DNA of 64,000 bases, taken from the NCBI GenBank assembly GCA_963701245.1, contig OY969576.1, forward strand, positions 208,456 through 272,455, given 5' to 3'. Origin of the DNA: an uncultured bacterium. Its GTDB lineage: Bacteria > Patescibacteriota > Saccharimonadia > Saccharimonadales > UBA4665. Within the stretch, counting starts at the first letter, position 1; the number at the start of each line of letters is the position of its first letter. The position numbers were made by a program, and so were the translations under genes. Of the stretch, positions 36,424 through 47,258 are shown in pieces. The notes under the pieces are model-generated. The model did not search any database. It saw nothing but the letters and a program-made list of their open reading frames with translations, and had not been told where the DNA came from.

Positions 36424-37020
36424 CTAGGACGCTTGAGGAAACTCACCGCCGGCAACGGTATCTACTTGCACAGCCGGATTATGTGTTAGTCCATCGATAC
36501 CAACTAAGGCTGTTGCTCCATCGACTAATCGAAGTTGTTCACCGCGTTCTAGTTGTGATTTAGAGTACGCGACAGGATGTTGATTGCCTTCTTGTGGAGT
36601 AATTATAATACCACCATTCGCGTTCAAGGTCGCCAAAACTCCTATGTAAAGTGTTTCCGAGGCTGGATTTAACTGACCAGTACTATCATAATTTGGTCGC
36701 GCAAGTCCGACAAATTCAGGTTTGGTTACATCGGCAGCGACAGGTTCACCAGGAATTGAAGTTGTTTCAAACGGTTGTGTAATTGTTTCCCCATGACCCA
36801 AATTATAGGCAGTAGGACTACCGCTGGGTCCGAATAATCCGTAAGCCGCAGCACTGGCAAGGACTGAAAATATAGCTCCTCGCTTAACCCAACTTCGGAC
36901 TCGATCACGTCTCGTAAAATAGCTCTTAGGATGCCATGCTTCATTTGAATAGCCACCAAAATCTTCCTGTCTATCACCAGGTTGAACCAATTGAAGTTGA
37001 GGTTTAGAGAGCTTAGCCAT
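36424..37020 (-). CDS. Hypothetical membrane-anchored protein
   Basis: 198-aa ORF with one TM helix (GAIFSVLASAAAYGLFG). Confidence 0.5.
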   Translation of the reverse strand: MAKLSKPQLQLVQPGDRQEDFGGYSNEAWHPKSYFTRRDRVRSWVKRGAIFSVLASAAAYGLFGPSGSPTAYNLGHGETITQPFETTSIPGEPVAADVTKPEFVGLARPNYDSTGQLNPASETLYIGVLATLNANGGIIITPQEGNQHPVAYSKSQLERGEQLRLVDGATALVGIDGLTHNPAVQVDTVAGGEFPQAS

Positions 37021-37108
37021 ATAGATAATATATCATACTAGATCGTATATGTCAATAGACACTAAATTTAGAGTTGACTTAATTAAGTCATGGCTTTAAC
37101 ATAAGAAG

Positions 37109-37423
37109 ATGGACATGTTCACTGCTCTCGCCGAGCCAAATCGGCGTACTATAATCGAACTTTTAGCAACTCAAGGCGAATTGTCAGCTAGTGCTATCGC
37201 AGAACGATTTCAAATAAGTTCTGCCGCTATTTCACAACACTTGAAAGTATTAAAAGAATCTAAGCTAGTCTTTATGCATAAGCAGGCTCAACAAAGGATA
37301 TATGAAATTAATCCAGATGCAGTAAAAGAACTAGAAAGATGGGCCCAACAAATGACTGAAAATTACGAACGATTGAATGAGCTACTACAAACAACAAATG
37401 AAACTAATGGAGGAAGTTTATGA
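37109..37423 (+). CDS. ArsR/SmtB-family transcriptional regulator
   Basis: FTALAEPNRRTIIELLATQGELSASAIAERFQISSAAISQHLKVLKES winged-helix motif. Confidence 0.85.
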   Translation: MDMFTALAEPNRRTIIELLATQGELSASAIAERFQISSAAISQHLKVLKESKLVFMHKQAQQRIYEINPDAVKELERWAQQMTENYERLNELLQTTNETNGGSL

Positions 37424-37893
37424 AAAAACCACAATTTACTGTCAATGAACAAGATTTAATAGTAACTATTCAGAGTGTCTTAGATGCTCCTCGTGAGCGA
37501 GTGTGGCAGGCTCATACTGATGCGACTATGGTCGCGAAGTGGTGGGGTCCACGTGGCTATAAGATGAAAGTTGAAACGTATGAACCAAAAGTCGGTGGCA
37601 AATGGCGCATTCTTCACGTCGATCCGGAAGGACGAGAGCATTGGTTTCATGGTGAATACAAAACAGTCATCGAACCAGAAAAAATCGAGAGGACTTTCAT
37701 ATATGAACCGGTACCCGATGCGGTCATGCAGGAAACTACGACATTTGATGTCTTAGATGAAAATCGAACTGAAATTACGACGATCTCCCAATTCCCTACC
37801 CTAGAAGCTTTACGTGGCATGACGAGTACTGGTATGGAATGGGGCGCCACTCAGAGCATTGAGCGGCTCGCCGAAATCGTTGAATTGCGCTAA
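37420..37893 (+). CDS. SRPBCC/AHSA1-domain protein
   Basis: Coupled to the ArsR gene by a 4-nt overlap. VWQAHTDATMVAKWWGPRGY pattern. Confidence 0.75.
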   Translation: MKKPQFTVNEQDLIVTIQSVLDAPRERVWQAHTDATMVAKWWGPRGYKMKVETYEPKVGGKWRILHVDPEGREHWFHGEYKTVIEPEKIERTFIYEPVPDAVMQETTTFDVLDENRTEITTISQFPTLEALRGMTSTGMEWGATQSIERLAEIVELR

Positions 37894-37905
37894 CCCCAAT
37901 TTGTT

Positions 37906-39189
37906 CTAGCCAACTTTATGCAGTGGTTGCGGCGCTGCAACAATTTCTATGGCGGCAAAGCAGACAAGCAATAGTATGGCGTAGATCAGAATCAGTCGTG
38001 GTGATAATTGCACGATCAGCATAATTGCGGCTATTAATAGGACGCTTAACCATTGCAGTAACCGTTTTCTATTACTTACCCACTTGGTGATACCATTTTC
38101 GTGAGAACCGAAGAATGTTTGGTGAATCTGACCGGATAAAAGTTCATTAAATCTGGCTTTGGCAGCTAAGGCAGCACGTGAAGGACCGGTTAGCCAACCT
38201 ATAAGAGCGACAAACAGTGCCAGTAGTAAGATCGTTCTCGTTTGCGTGATAAAGAAACTGATGACCGTGCTATAGGCAACGCTGATGGCTTGTTGATATG
38301 CGGGATTTACTTTCGAAGCCGCCAGAGCTCCGACAACCCGAATCGCAATAAGTGTCGCCAACATAAATAAGGCGAACATAACACCAATTCGAATAACCAT
38401 GAGCCGACGATTCTTAGATAACCAGATAGCGGCGATGCAGAGGATAAGTAAAAGCGCAGTCGCCAAAAATTGATATAACCCGATATTGTTGACTAGGTTA
38501 TGGAACGCCGGCAGCCAACCAATTGTAGTAATGGTGATTGATCCCACACTGGACGGCAATGTTTTATTGGCTAAAAAGGATAAATTAGTCGAGGCTAATC
38601 TATTTGAAAGTTCACTATAAATGTCACTAATTGTAATATCCCCGTTGCCTTTATAAGTCTTGCTGAAATTAATGAATGCCTGATGTCGTCGTTGTAGTGA
38701 ACTATACCAATACGCTTGGACTTTAGAACTTGCCAGCAGTGTCTTAATCGTTGTTTGGGTGTAGTTTTTGACTTGAGTACTAAGTTGTGGTGCCAAAAAT
38801 TCTGCGCGTGGGGGTAGTGTTTGCTTCACATAGTTCGTGACATTGAAGCGACTAAACAATTGGTCAGTGGTATATGCTGCAATCGCAGACTGAATAGCCG
38901 GTTTTTCGAGGAGGGGTCCAACGGTAGAAACGTATTTGTTTGTATTAACAATAGTGTTTCCCGCCCAGAAAAACGCGTTACCAAGGACAAGTAACACTGA
39001 CGCTACTATGACACAAAGCCACGCTGTAATTGACTTCCAGCGCCCACCCGAAGACCGAACGGTAGAAGGACGTGGATGAATTTCGACGTCATCTAGCTGT
39101 TTTTGCAGACGTTTTAATGAGCGACGCAACTCAGCGTTTTCATGTTCTAAATCGGCTACTTTTGATTGGGTGATCTTACCTTGAGCCAT
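37906..39189 (-). CDS. Hypothetical polytopic membrane protein with N-terminal coiled coil
   Basis: 427-aa ORF with several TM helices. Confidence 0.55.
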   Translation of the reverse strand: MAQGKITQSKVADLEHENAELRRSLKRLQKQLDDVEIHPRPSTVRSSGGRWKSITAWLCVIVASVLLVLGNAFFWAGNTIVNTNKYVSTVGPLLEKPAIQSAIAAYTTDQLFSRFNVTNYVKQTLPPRAEFLAPQLSTQVKNYTQTTIKTLLASSKVQAYWYSSLQRRHQAFINFSKTYKGNGDITISDIYSELSNRLASTNLSFLANKTLPSSVGSITITTIGWLPAFHNLVNNIGLYQFLATALLLILCIAAIWLSKNRRLMVIRIGVMFALFMLATLIAIRVVGALAASKVNPAYQQAISVAYSTVISFFITQTRTILLLALFVALIGWLTGPSRAALAAKARFNELLSGQIHQTFFGSHENGITKWVSNRKRLLQWLSVLLIAAIMLIVQLSPRLILIYAILLLVCFAAIEIVAAPQPLHKVG

Positions 39190-39272
39190 TAAAACTACTC
39201 CCGATTCATTACGTTAGTACCCTAGCAGTGTGATTAAGAATTTAGTGAGACGAGAAAATCTGTTCGTGTAGT

Positions 39273-39677
39273 TTAAACGTTACTTTGCAGTTCTCCACCG
39301 TGTACTGTGAGGGCATAGATGATCAGTACATCAATTGTGATGATAATAACTGACCAGATTGGATAGGCACTTATTGAAGCAAGCGCGGCAATGGCATCAA
39401 ATGTCGCGATCACCACCCCGACAATTCGTGCCCACAATGCTCCATGTAGGACAGAGATACCGGCAAGCAGCACTACGAGACCAGTCAGTAAATCTATCCA
39501 ACCCCAGGCAGAGTAATTAAACACAAGTAGTCCATGAGCTGATGTCACGTACCAGGTTGGCCGCAGGAGAGCGGTCAATCCGGCAATAGCATTAAATAGA
39601 CCAGATAATATCATCATGAAACCTGCAAAGAATACCCAACCAGTCCAATGACTATATGTTTGACTACTTGTTGCCAT
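39273..39677 (-). CDS. DUF7144-like four-TM membrane protein
   Basis: Paralogue of 40362..40763 (WTGWVFFAGFMMILSG..., WARIVGVV..., YPIWSVIIITIDVLIIYAL). Confidence 0.6.
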   Translation of the reverse strand: MATSSQTYSHWTGWVFFAGFMMILSGLFNAIAGLTALLRPTWYVTSAHGLLVFNYSAWGWIDLLTGLVVLLAGISVLHGALWARIVGVVIATFDAIAALASISAYPIWSVIIITIDVLIIYALTVHGGELQSNV

Positions 39678-39872
39678 AATTGTCCCTCCGTTTATTAAAC
39701 GTACCTTATGAGTTTACTATTTACCTATACTATAAATTAGTCAATACATAAAAAATATAATGTCCCTATTATTTGTGATATTTCTAACGAATAATCTATT
39801 GATCAATGGAGCTTTGCTTTTTTGGGATGTACTATCAACGTGACAGCTTCATTTCCTGGTACAATTACCATC

Positions 39873-40250
39873 ATGAATAAAGGAAAAATACAGCCCAAAA
39901 AAAGGCTTACAACCGCCGAAGAATTTAATCGTCATGCCTACCATTATCTCGTCGGGTTAGCGATTGCCACCGTGGCAACTGGAACAATAGTTTATCATGT
40001 TTCCGAAAAATTAAATTGGGTTGATGCCTACTACTTTAGCGTCGTCACATTATCTACCGTCGGCTACGGCGATATCGTACCGCATACGGCTTTTGATAAA
40101 ATCTTTACCACCTTTTATATATTTATTGGAGTAGGCATAATTACGACTTTTCTGTCTGTATCAATGCGCCGCCGATCAGAAATATTCAAGGCAAAACGTT
40201 TTGATATTCAAAATGATAAAGACAATAGCGAAACGACAAGCGATATGTAG
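39873..40250 (+). CDS. Minimal two-TM potassium channel
   Basis: TVGYGD selectivity filter between two TM helices. Start set at ATG 39873. Confidence 0.75.
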   Translation: MNKGKIQPKKRLTTAEEFNRHAYHYLVGLAIATVATGTIVYHVSEKLNWVDAYYFSVVTLSTVGYGDIVPHTAFDKIFTTFYIFIGVGIITTFLSVSMRRRSEIFKAKRFDIQNDKDNSETTSDM

Positions 40251-40361
40251 GAATTTAATGAATAGGCAAAATGGTTTCTCGATGTATCGGTATACTTTCT
40301 TAGCATATCGTGTCTTGGTAGTGTGCGCTACACGCAAGTACGAATAACAGTGAGATACTTT

Positions 40362-40763
40362 TTAGTCTGCGCCAAGCTCATTGCCATGTACGAGCAGCGC
40401 ATAGATGACAAGGATATCGACGATAATAATTAAAATTGACCATAGCGGATAGGCGTCCATAAATGCCATGTTTATAAGAATGCTTAATCCGGCTAAAAAT
40501 ATTGCTACAACCCGGGCCCATAACGCTCCACGAAATAATTCGTAACCTGCCATAAAGATTATGATGCCAAGAATCAGGCTCACCCATCCCCAGGTTCTGT
40601 AATCAAAGACCAGAAGATGATTCTGAGATACCACATAGTAACTTTGTCTGAAGATTCCCGTAAGACCGCTTATAGCCTGTAATCCTCCAAGGATCATCAT
40701 CATGTAACCTGCAAAATATGCCCATCCTACCCAATTGCTGGGAGAACTATTACGAGTCGCCAT
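40362..40763 (-). CDS. DUF7144-like four-TM membrane protein
   Basis: Paralogue of 39273..39677. Confidence 0.6.
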   Translation of the reverse strand: MATRNSSPSNWVGWAYFAGYMMMILGGLQAISGLTGIFRQSYYVVSQNHLLVFDYRTWGWVSLILGIIIFMAGYELFRGALWARVVAIFLAGLSILINMAFMDAYPLWSILIIIVDILVIYALLVHGNELGAD

Positions 40764-40871
40764 ATACCCTCCTTAAGATCCATCCAAATTGCTTGCATCT
40801 TCATAATTGTTTAATGAATTTCTGCTATTTAAGAAGTATTTGTATATATTTATCTGATACCCAAAAAAGCT

Positions 40872-41441
40872 CTATGTCTTTTTGTCATTTGTTTCAGTGT
40901 TGCCATTTGAATTCTTTAGTACCTCAGTAGTACTTTTTGGTACTGTGCCACTATGAACTTTTTTACCTCCTTCCTTTGACATTTCCTCTTCGACTTGTTC
41001 AACAAAGTCATCCTCGACGATGGCGATTAGTGCTGAGCTGCCGATTGGTAAAGAATCGCCTAATTTACCTAGGTTTTTATCATCAAAGCCACTGTCATGC
41101 ATTTTTGCCCAAATACCACCAATGAGTGCTCCTATACCAGCTGGTAATAGTATCGCACCACCGATAATACCAATAAGCGCGCCAACTGCGCCTCCAGCGA
41201 TAACGCCTTGTCCACCGCGCCAATCGCCTTGTTCATGTACTTTGATTTTGCTTCGTTCTGTTTTTTCGATGTAGGCGGCGCTAATGATTTTAACAATTCC
41301 CTCTCGTTGAACTTCTTTTAGGGCTTTATACGCGACCTTCGCAGTATCAACATCATCAAACATTGCTGCAACAAATGAAATTGCCAAACCTTCAGTACTA
41401 TTTTCCGTTGCTGTTTTTGTATCGGTCGTAGTAGTAGCCAT
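40872..41441 (-). CDS. DUF1269-like glycine-zipper membrane protein
   Basis: GGAVGALIGIIGGAILLPAGIGALIGG glycine zipper flanked by soluble segments. Confidence 0.5.
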   Translation of the reverse strand: MATTTTDTKTATENSTEGLAISFVAAMFDDVDTAKVAYKALKEVQREGIVKIISAAYIEKTERSKIKVHEQGDWRGGQGVIAGGAVGALIGIIGGAILLPAGIGALIGGIWAKMHDSGFDDKNLGKLGDSLPIGSSALIAIVEDDFVEQVEEEMSKEGGKKVHSGTVPKSTTEVLKNSNGNTETNDKKT

Positions 41442-41550
41442 GCTGCCCCCTTCTTATTGTGATAATTATTTCTTACACTCACGCCAATTTTAACATAGCT
41501 GCAATATTTAGGATGTTGAAATTATTTCGTATGGATGAATTATGTTTTAG

Positions 41551-41769
41551 TTAGTGCCGCACGAGAGCCACGACCATACTTATGAGACTGAGCACCGTAA
41601 TCAGGATTCCGGCAATCAGAAGAAAACTAAGTCCCAGATGTAAATGTGCGACATCTTCGAACGTTGCTCTGTATTGCAAGGTGTTGCGCAAACTAGCCAC
41701 AAAGATGAGAAGCAAACTGCCAAAGATAAAACCGAGCGATGACCATAGTATCGTATTATCTCGATCCAT
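41551..41769 (-). CDS. Small two-TM membrane protein
   Basis: 72-aa ORF with two hydrophobic helices. Confidence 0.45.
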   Translation of the reverse strand: MDRDNTILWSSLGFIFGSLLLIFVASLRNTLQYRATFEDVAHLHLGLSFLLIAGILITVLSLISMVVALVRH

Positions 41770-41781
41770 TTTGACTCGATG

Positions 41782-42330
41782 TTACCTTTTTGCTCCTACG
41801 TCTAGTTGCTTTGGCATGTCCATTGCAACCGCAATAAGTATAGGACCAGTAATAAGTGCGTACAGGCCTAAGACCCAAACAAACGCCACACCACCATTCA
41901 CTGGTTCAAGCAGGACGATTATGCCAACAATTAATGCTAAAGCTCCAGCAATGACCATCATGATACGATGACCCGCAGAGATACTTTCCAAAAACGCCCC
42001 CACAATATCAAAAACTCCACGGAATATTAAGGCAAAACCAATCAATAAGATAAACGTGGCGAATGTTACGTGTGGGTGTCGTAACAGAAAGACACCGATG
42101 CCAATCTGTAGAACTGAGATCAATATCTTTAAGAACCAGGAGCCTGTAGCATGACCCATATGGAAAATGCCAGTAATAAGATTGATTATTCCACTAGCCA
42201 GAACAAACGTGGCAAACAGATATAATAAAGTTACTATTGTTAAGCCTGGCCAAAACACAGCGGCAATGCCGAACAAGACTGCGACAATGCCTTCGGCAAT
42301 GGCGAGTCCACGTAACGTACTCATTTCCAT
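41782..42330 (-). CDS. HdeD/DUF308-family membrane protein
   Basis: Repeated GI.A.LFGI.A...P pattern over six TM helices. Confidence 0.6.
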   Translation of the reverse strand: MEMSTLRGLAIAEGIVAVLFGIAAVFWPGLTIVTLLYLFATFVLASGIINLITGIFHMGHATGSWFLKILISVLQIGIGVFLLRHPHVTFATFILLIGFALIFRGVFDIVGAFLESISAGHRIMMVIAGALALIVGIIVLLEPVNGGVAFVWVLGLYALITGPILIAVAMDMPKQLDVGAKR

Positions 42331-42471
42331 GGTATTCCCTCCTAAAACTTATATTAAGCTAACTTATGCTCTTTGTTGGCAATATTGTCAATATAAATTA
42401 CTAAATTCTGTGGATAATACACTACAGTAGACTACGGCTATGGGTAGCGTAAACCGTAAAAACCTTAATTT

Positions 42472-42990
42472 CTAGAAGTAAGAATCATAAACTACAGGTT
42501 CTGTGTCTTGAGGGATCAATGCGACCGAGTAGTCTTCATTAAATATGACCCTGTTTCTCAATGAGGAAATCATACTATTCCAGTTAGATTCCCAAGTCCG
42601 AAATATACCAAGTTGTATTGCGTCGGCTGGCTCTATGTCAGCCAGCTTTAACATCTCTATTAGTTCAGGATGGGGATCAACGACATTTTCTCTAATATCA
42701 AAGAAACCAAGCGGTAAATATCTCACATCGGAATTCTCGGTCATACGTCCATTGGGTGAGCCGTATGGTGAGTTAAATCGCAGACCCATTAGCCATGTTC
42801 CGTCTTGCAAAGGCGTATAGGTTGGTTCACACAGTACTGCCAATTCGTCACCAACATTCGATAATTCGCCTAACAAACCGGATTGGACCACAGCACCCAT
42901 AGCTTCATTTTGTAACATGGCAAAGCTAAATGAAGCTTTGGCGGTCATTAGCTCAGTGTGCCCACTTGTGAGCGGTTCTCCGGATTTCAT
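42472..42990 (-). CDS. Hypothetical cytoplasmic protein
   Basis: 172-aa ORF. No family recognised. Confidence 0.5.
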   Translation of the reverse strand: MKSGEPLTSGHTELMTAKASFSFAMLQNEAMGAVVQSGLLGELSNVGDELAVLCEPTYTPLQDGTWLMGLRFNSPYGSPNGRMTENSDVRYLPLGFFDIRENVVDPHPELIEMLKLADIEPADAIQLGIFRTWESNWNSMISSLRNRVIFNEDYSVALIPQDTEPVVYDSYF

Positions 42991-43103
42991 AAAACAAAGT
43001 ATAGAATAATAATCCCTAACCGTCTATTACGGCGTGATGACCGGGAGGATCGCACGTTGCCCAAAAAATAGCCAATAAGTAGCATTTTCAAAGGTTTTTA
43101 TTA

Positions 43104-44287
43104 ACTCACCTTACGCATCACTCCCACTTTCTTGAGTCCTGGGGCATACTAAAAGCAGTCAACCTTTCATCAAGGATGTTGCTATGCCAAAACAAAAACA
43201 ATCCAAGCCCGTCAACGTACCAATGCTTGACCTGTATTCTGACTATCTCATCAGCTCATTCGGATTGACCACGGCAACTGGTATGTCGGCCGCCCTGGAC
43301 GGGTCAGTCGGCCATGACGACGTCACCCGTTTCCTGTCTGCCCGGGAATATACCAACAAAGACCTCTGGAAACTGGTTAAGCCAACGATCCGGCAGATTG
43401 AAACTGACGACGGCATACTGGCTTTGGATGACACCATTGAAGAGAAGGCCTACACCGACGAAAACGACATCATTGCCTGGCACTATGACCACGTCTTCAA
43501 CCGGAATGTGAAGGGCGTCAATATTCTCAATATGCTCTACCATAACGACCAGGCAACGGTACCCTTGGGGTTTTGCCTGGTCAAGAAAGACGTACCTTTC
43601 ACTGACCCGAAGACCGGCAAACAAAAACGCAAGTCCTCGGCCACCAAGAACGAACAGGCCCGTGAGCTCATCGGGGCAGCCATCCAAAACCAGGTGAAGT
43701 TTCGCTACTGCCTTGCTGACAGTTGGTTTTCCTCACAGGAAAACATGGAGTTCATCGTTGGCAAGGGCAAACACTTCATCTTTGCCCTCAAGAGTAATCG
43801 TACGTTTGCAAAAAGTAAGGAGGATAAACTACGAGGAGTATTCCACGCAGTCGAATCGCTGGCCTGGGAAGAAAACACTACCAAGACAGGGTACCTCAAA
43901 GGCATGAATATGACGGTGCGTATCACCCGTCAAATCTTCACAAACGGAGATGACAGTCAGGGTGTTTTGTATCTCGCTACCAGTGATCTGACGCTAGGAC
44001 ATACCGACATAACCACGATCTACCAAAAACGGTGGAAAGTGGAAGAGTACCACAAGTCCGTAAAGTCCAACCTCGGGCTGGCCAAGTCACCGACCAAACG
44101 AGTGAAGACACAAAGTAACCACTTCTTTGCGGCAACCTATGCCTACCATAAGCTGGAACGACTGGCGAAAGCGAGCAATCTGAACCACTTTGCCTTAAAG
44201 GCAAAGCTATACCTCAAAGCTCAGCAAGCCAGTTTGGCTGAACTTCAGGTACTCAAAGAAGCTGGAGGTTTTGCGTAAGGTGAGTTA
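43104..44287 (+). mobile_element. IS4-superfamily insertion sequence, copy 3 (complete)
   Basis: Same inverted repeats as copy 2. Flanks read ...TATTA|ACTCACC and GGTGAGT|TATTA..., which may be a 5-bp target duplication. Confidence 0.85.
43184..44278 (+). CDS. DDE transposase, IS4 superfamily
   Basis: Identical 364-aa protein to 7289..8383. Confidence 0.9.
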   Translation: MPKQKQSKPVNVPMLDLYSDYLISSFGLTTATGMSAALDGSVGHDDVTRFLSAREYTNKDLWKLVKPTIRQIETDDGILALDDTIEEKAYTDENDIIAWHYDHVFNRNVKGVNILNMLYHNDQATVPLGFCLVKKDVPFTDPKTGKQKRKSSATKNEQARELIGAAIQNQVKFRYCLADSWFSSQENMEFIVGKGKHFIFALKSNRTFAKSKEDKLRGVFHAVESLAWEENTTKTGYLKGMNMTVRITRQIFTNGDDSQGVLYLATSDLTLGHTDITTIYQKRWKVEEYHKSVKSNLGLAKSPTKRVKTQSNHFFAATYAYHKLERLAKASNLNHFALKAKLYLKAQQASLAELQVLKEAGGFA

Positions 44288-44476
44288 TTAAGAGTGTCTA
44301 AAATACTGCATGTATACAGAATTTTAACGTATGTAGTAACTAGTTAATGCTTATGATAAACACCTTTAATTTAAACAGTAAAAATTTAGTACAATTTTTT
44401 AACTTTAGGCTATAATAGTTACGAACTTGGGATTTATAATTTTAAGATTAAATATTGTGGGGGTGGATGTTATGGT

Positions 44477-47206
44477 ATGCACAAATCTACTCCACCAACA
44501 TTTGTAACTAATTACCCTTCTGGTAAAGTTGATTATTTTGGTCGTAATTTACGATTATTATCACTTGATGAATCAGAACACATACCTCCGATTCGGATTG
44601 GCGCTAGTGGTGGAATCGCTGCGTTAATTGTTTCCACGAATCGATCGTTTGCCAAGAGTAAACCATCATTTGCGCACTATATGAAGCTAGCAATGTTTTA
44701 TAATCTGACACTCGTTGTTTTGGCATCAGGTGATTGTCATAAAGATGACATTATTGACTACGCCAGTAACTTTCCCGAATTAAGTTGGCTTATCGTAGAC
44801 GGGCCTTTCAATGAAGCGCTCCTAGGACATTCATTCAAAACTAATACTTCAATATACGCATCACCGGCTGCTCATGATCTGTCTACCAAGCGTAATTTTG
44901 GCTTGATACTGAGCCGCTATATGAAGTGGCAAAAGGTAATGTTTTTAGATGATGATATTAGCTTTCCAAAAGGTTATTTTCAGAAATTAATGAACATGAC
45001 CCAACATGATAATCTCTTAGTAGCAAGCAATACACGTGACTTTCCAGATCTATCGGTGGTTACCGGTGCGTTCCAGGATATTTATGGCAAAAAACGTCTC
45101 GACACTTTTTTGAACTCACAAGCTTTGGTCGTGAACATTGAAAATCAGTGGCTAGGTTTTAGTCCGCAAATATACTGCGAAGACTGGATGTTTATGATGC
45201 CCTATATTTTAAAAAATCAGAAGCCAGTGTGGGCAGGCAGTGTCAAGCAAAATAACTATCGTCGTTATAAAAAGCAACGAGCCTCATACGAAGAAGCGGG
45301 CGATCTACTCGCCGAAGGCGTCGCTCGATTAACGATGACTCTGTTGTCTGAGAATCACCGCTTTGAATCCTATGAAAAAGCACTGCAATCTCTTGTCAAA
45401 CGGGCTGATACAGTTTTTTGGGAACGAGAAATTTTGCACCGTGCGATGTTCATTCGGGATATGCTGGCGCAAATCGATGGCCGATCATTGCACACATACA
45501 AACTGCAGCGCATCAAACAGTCTCTACAGAAATCGCTTAATGTACTGCTTGGAACTGAATATCAAAATGGCCTACAGGCACCAGAATTAGCCAAGTGGGT
45601 CAGAGATTGGGCGGCAGATTTAGCCTATTGGAATGCGGTTACCTTGACGGAGCTGGTTTCATCGCGACCGACTATCCCTGAAGTACTGAATCATATCGGT
45701 ATTAAAGAACGGACAAGTTATCAACTTGCGAATCGGGCAAAACCAGAAAATATATCAAAATCGGATGACGCGAAAGCATATCGCAAAGATACTTTAGCTA
45801 GCTTATCGAATGCTCAGCGCACAAGTTCGCAGGTTGACGGCCTTCAATCTACCCGAAAAATTCAGGACTATATGCACAAAAATAATTTAGGTATGGAAGA
45901 TATGATCAGAATTGCAAATCGTTTGCGGTATGATCGACCGATTCACTTTCTACGCGCAAACAAACCGCTAGCGACAATCGTTGTACTAGTTCGTCAATTT
46001 GAAGAACCAGACACTTTCGCTGAACGGGTTAAAGAAGTTGTTGAGATGAATAAACGTCAGTTGCCGATTCACTGTGTCATCTGGATAGTTCCCGATAATA
46101 GTAGTCAGTCAAAACCAAGTCTGCGTTTATATCGTGAATATCTAATAGCCAGAGTCATGCTGGAAACGGCAGGCACAAATATTCGACTGTTATCCTGTAT
46201 TGGCAGAGTTTCGAGCGAACAACCGATACAGGCCGTGAATGAGGAGTACACGCGTGTCATCGCGTTGATGTATTGGAAAGTATCGGCTATCAATTCTAAC
46301 GCTCATCCGATGTTCGTAGTCAATTCACGAAATGAAGTTCTTTTTAATGGGACGCTTATGAATTTTATCGACAACAAATTCAGCACCACCACAACGGAAT
46401 TACCTATTGCTCTTCAAAAGTTACGTCGATCAGCGCAAAACAAGGATGTACCGTTTAGTGATGACTTACTCTCTACTGAGCATGTACGGTCTCGATTAAT
46501 TGTGCACCATGCCAATAGAGATTCGAAATTTTCTATGATCAACAGAATCTCTAAATCTACATTGGCTATGCGATTTGCACTAAGAAGAGCTAAACTATCT
46601 TGGTTGATAATTGATGACCGGCATTATTCGACTGAGATACACGACAGTAGAGCATTTGATATGTTAATCTATGCTCAACGCGTCACCGCCGTACTTATTC
46701 CGTATAACGCCGAACAAAGATATGCACTTGCCTCTGTGAAGCTAGCACTTGATGTGTTAAAACAAGTCAATTGGCAAAAAGGCAGTCATGCCGAAATCAT
46801 GCTGATTGTCTATGGTCCGGCATCGAACTCTGAATTACACCGCTATCGTACATCCCTTATTGAGGCCGTTGAAGCCTATATAGAACTGCCGGAAAGTGTC
46901 TTTCTGATGTCTACATTGATTAGAGACGGCAGCATCTCGAGAGCTAATTTACAACCCTGCGAAGCGATTATTCGCTACGAACACTGGCTGGAAAACGATA
47001 TGATTTTGCCTAAAATAACTTGGATCGGGCCAAAGTCCAATCACGAATATATACCAATGCAGTACCATTGGTATCAACGTAATGTAGCTGGCAAGCTCGC
47101 CATGGTCAATTCCAATAACCGGGGAGATATTGACGGTCCTGGGCCTGATCTTGTCCAGGCATCACTAGTATTTCATTTTACTTCCCTGCTGCAATCTATT
47201 TATTAA
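44477..47206 (+). CDS. Large orphan multidomain protein with N-terminal GT-A-like (DxD) region
   Basis: 909-aa uninterrupted ORF. STKRNFGLILSRYMKWQKVMFLDDDISFP and YCEDWMF resemble a nucleotide-sugar transferase fold. The rest is unassigned. Confidence 0.6.
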   Translation: MHKSTPPTFVTNYPSGKVDYFGRNLRLLSLDESEHIPPIRIGASGGIAALIVSTNRSFAKSKPSFAHYMKLAMFYNLTLVVLASGDCHKDDIIDYASNFPELSWLIVDGPFNEALLGHSFKTNTSIYASPAAHDLSTKRNFGLILSRYMKWQKVMFLDDDISFPKGYFQKLMNMTQHDNLLVASNTRDFPDLSVVTGAFQDIYGKKRLDTFLNSQALVVNIENQWLGFSPQIYCEDWMFMMPYILKNQKPVWAGSVKQNNYRRYKKQRASYEEAGDLLAEGVARLTMTLLSENHRFESYEKALQSLVKRADTVFWEREILHRAMFIRDMLAQIDGRSLHTYKLQRIKQSLQKSLNVLLGTEYQNGLQAPELAKWVRDWAADLAYWNAVTLTELVSSRPTIPEVLNHIGIKERTSYQLANRAKPENISKSDDAKAYRKDTLASLSNAQRTSSQVDGLQSTRKIQDYMHKNNLGMEDMIRIANRLRYDRPIHFLRANKPLATIVVLVRQFEEPDTFAERVKEVVEMNKRQLPIHCVIWIVPDNSSQSKPSLRLYREYLIARVMLETAGTNIRLLSCIGRVSSEQPIQAVNEEYTRVIALMYWKVSAINSNAHPMFVVNSRNEVLFNGTLMNFIDNKFSTTTTELPIALQKLRRSAQNKDVPFSDDLLSTEHVRSRLIVHHANRDSKFSMINRISKSTLAMRFALRRAKLSWLIIDDRHYSTEIHDSRAFDMLIYAQRVTAVLIPYNAEQRYALASVKLALDVLKQVNWQKGSHAEIMLIVYGPASNSELHRYRTSLIEAVEAYIELPESVFLMSTLIRDGSISRANLQPCEAIIRYEHWLENDMILPKITWIGPKSNHEYIPMQYHWYQRNVAGKLAMVNSNNRGDIDGPGPDLVQASLVFHFTSLLQSIY

Positions 47207-47258
47207 TTCGTCATAACCTTCGTTACAATATGTACATCGAAATGTACACACAAATCCT

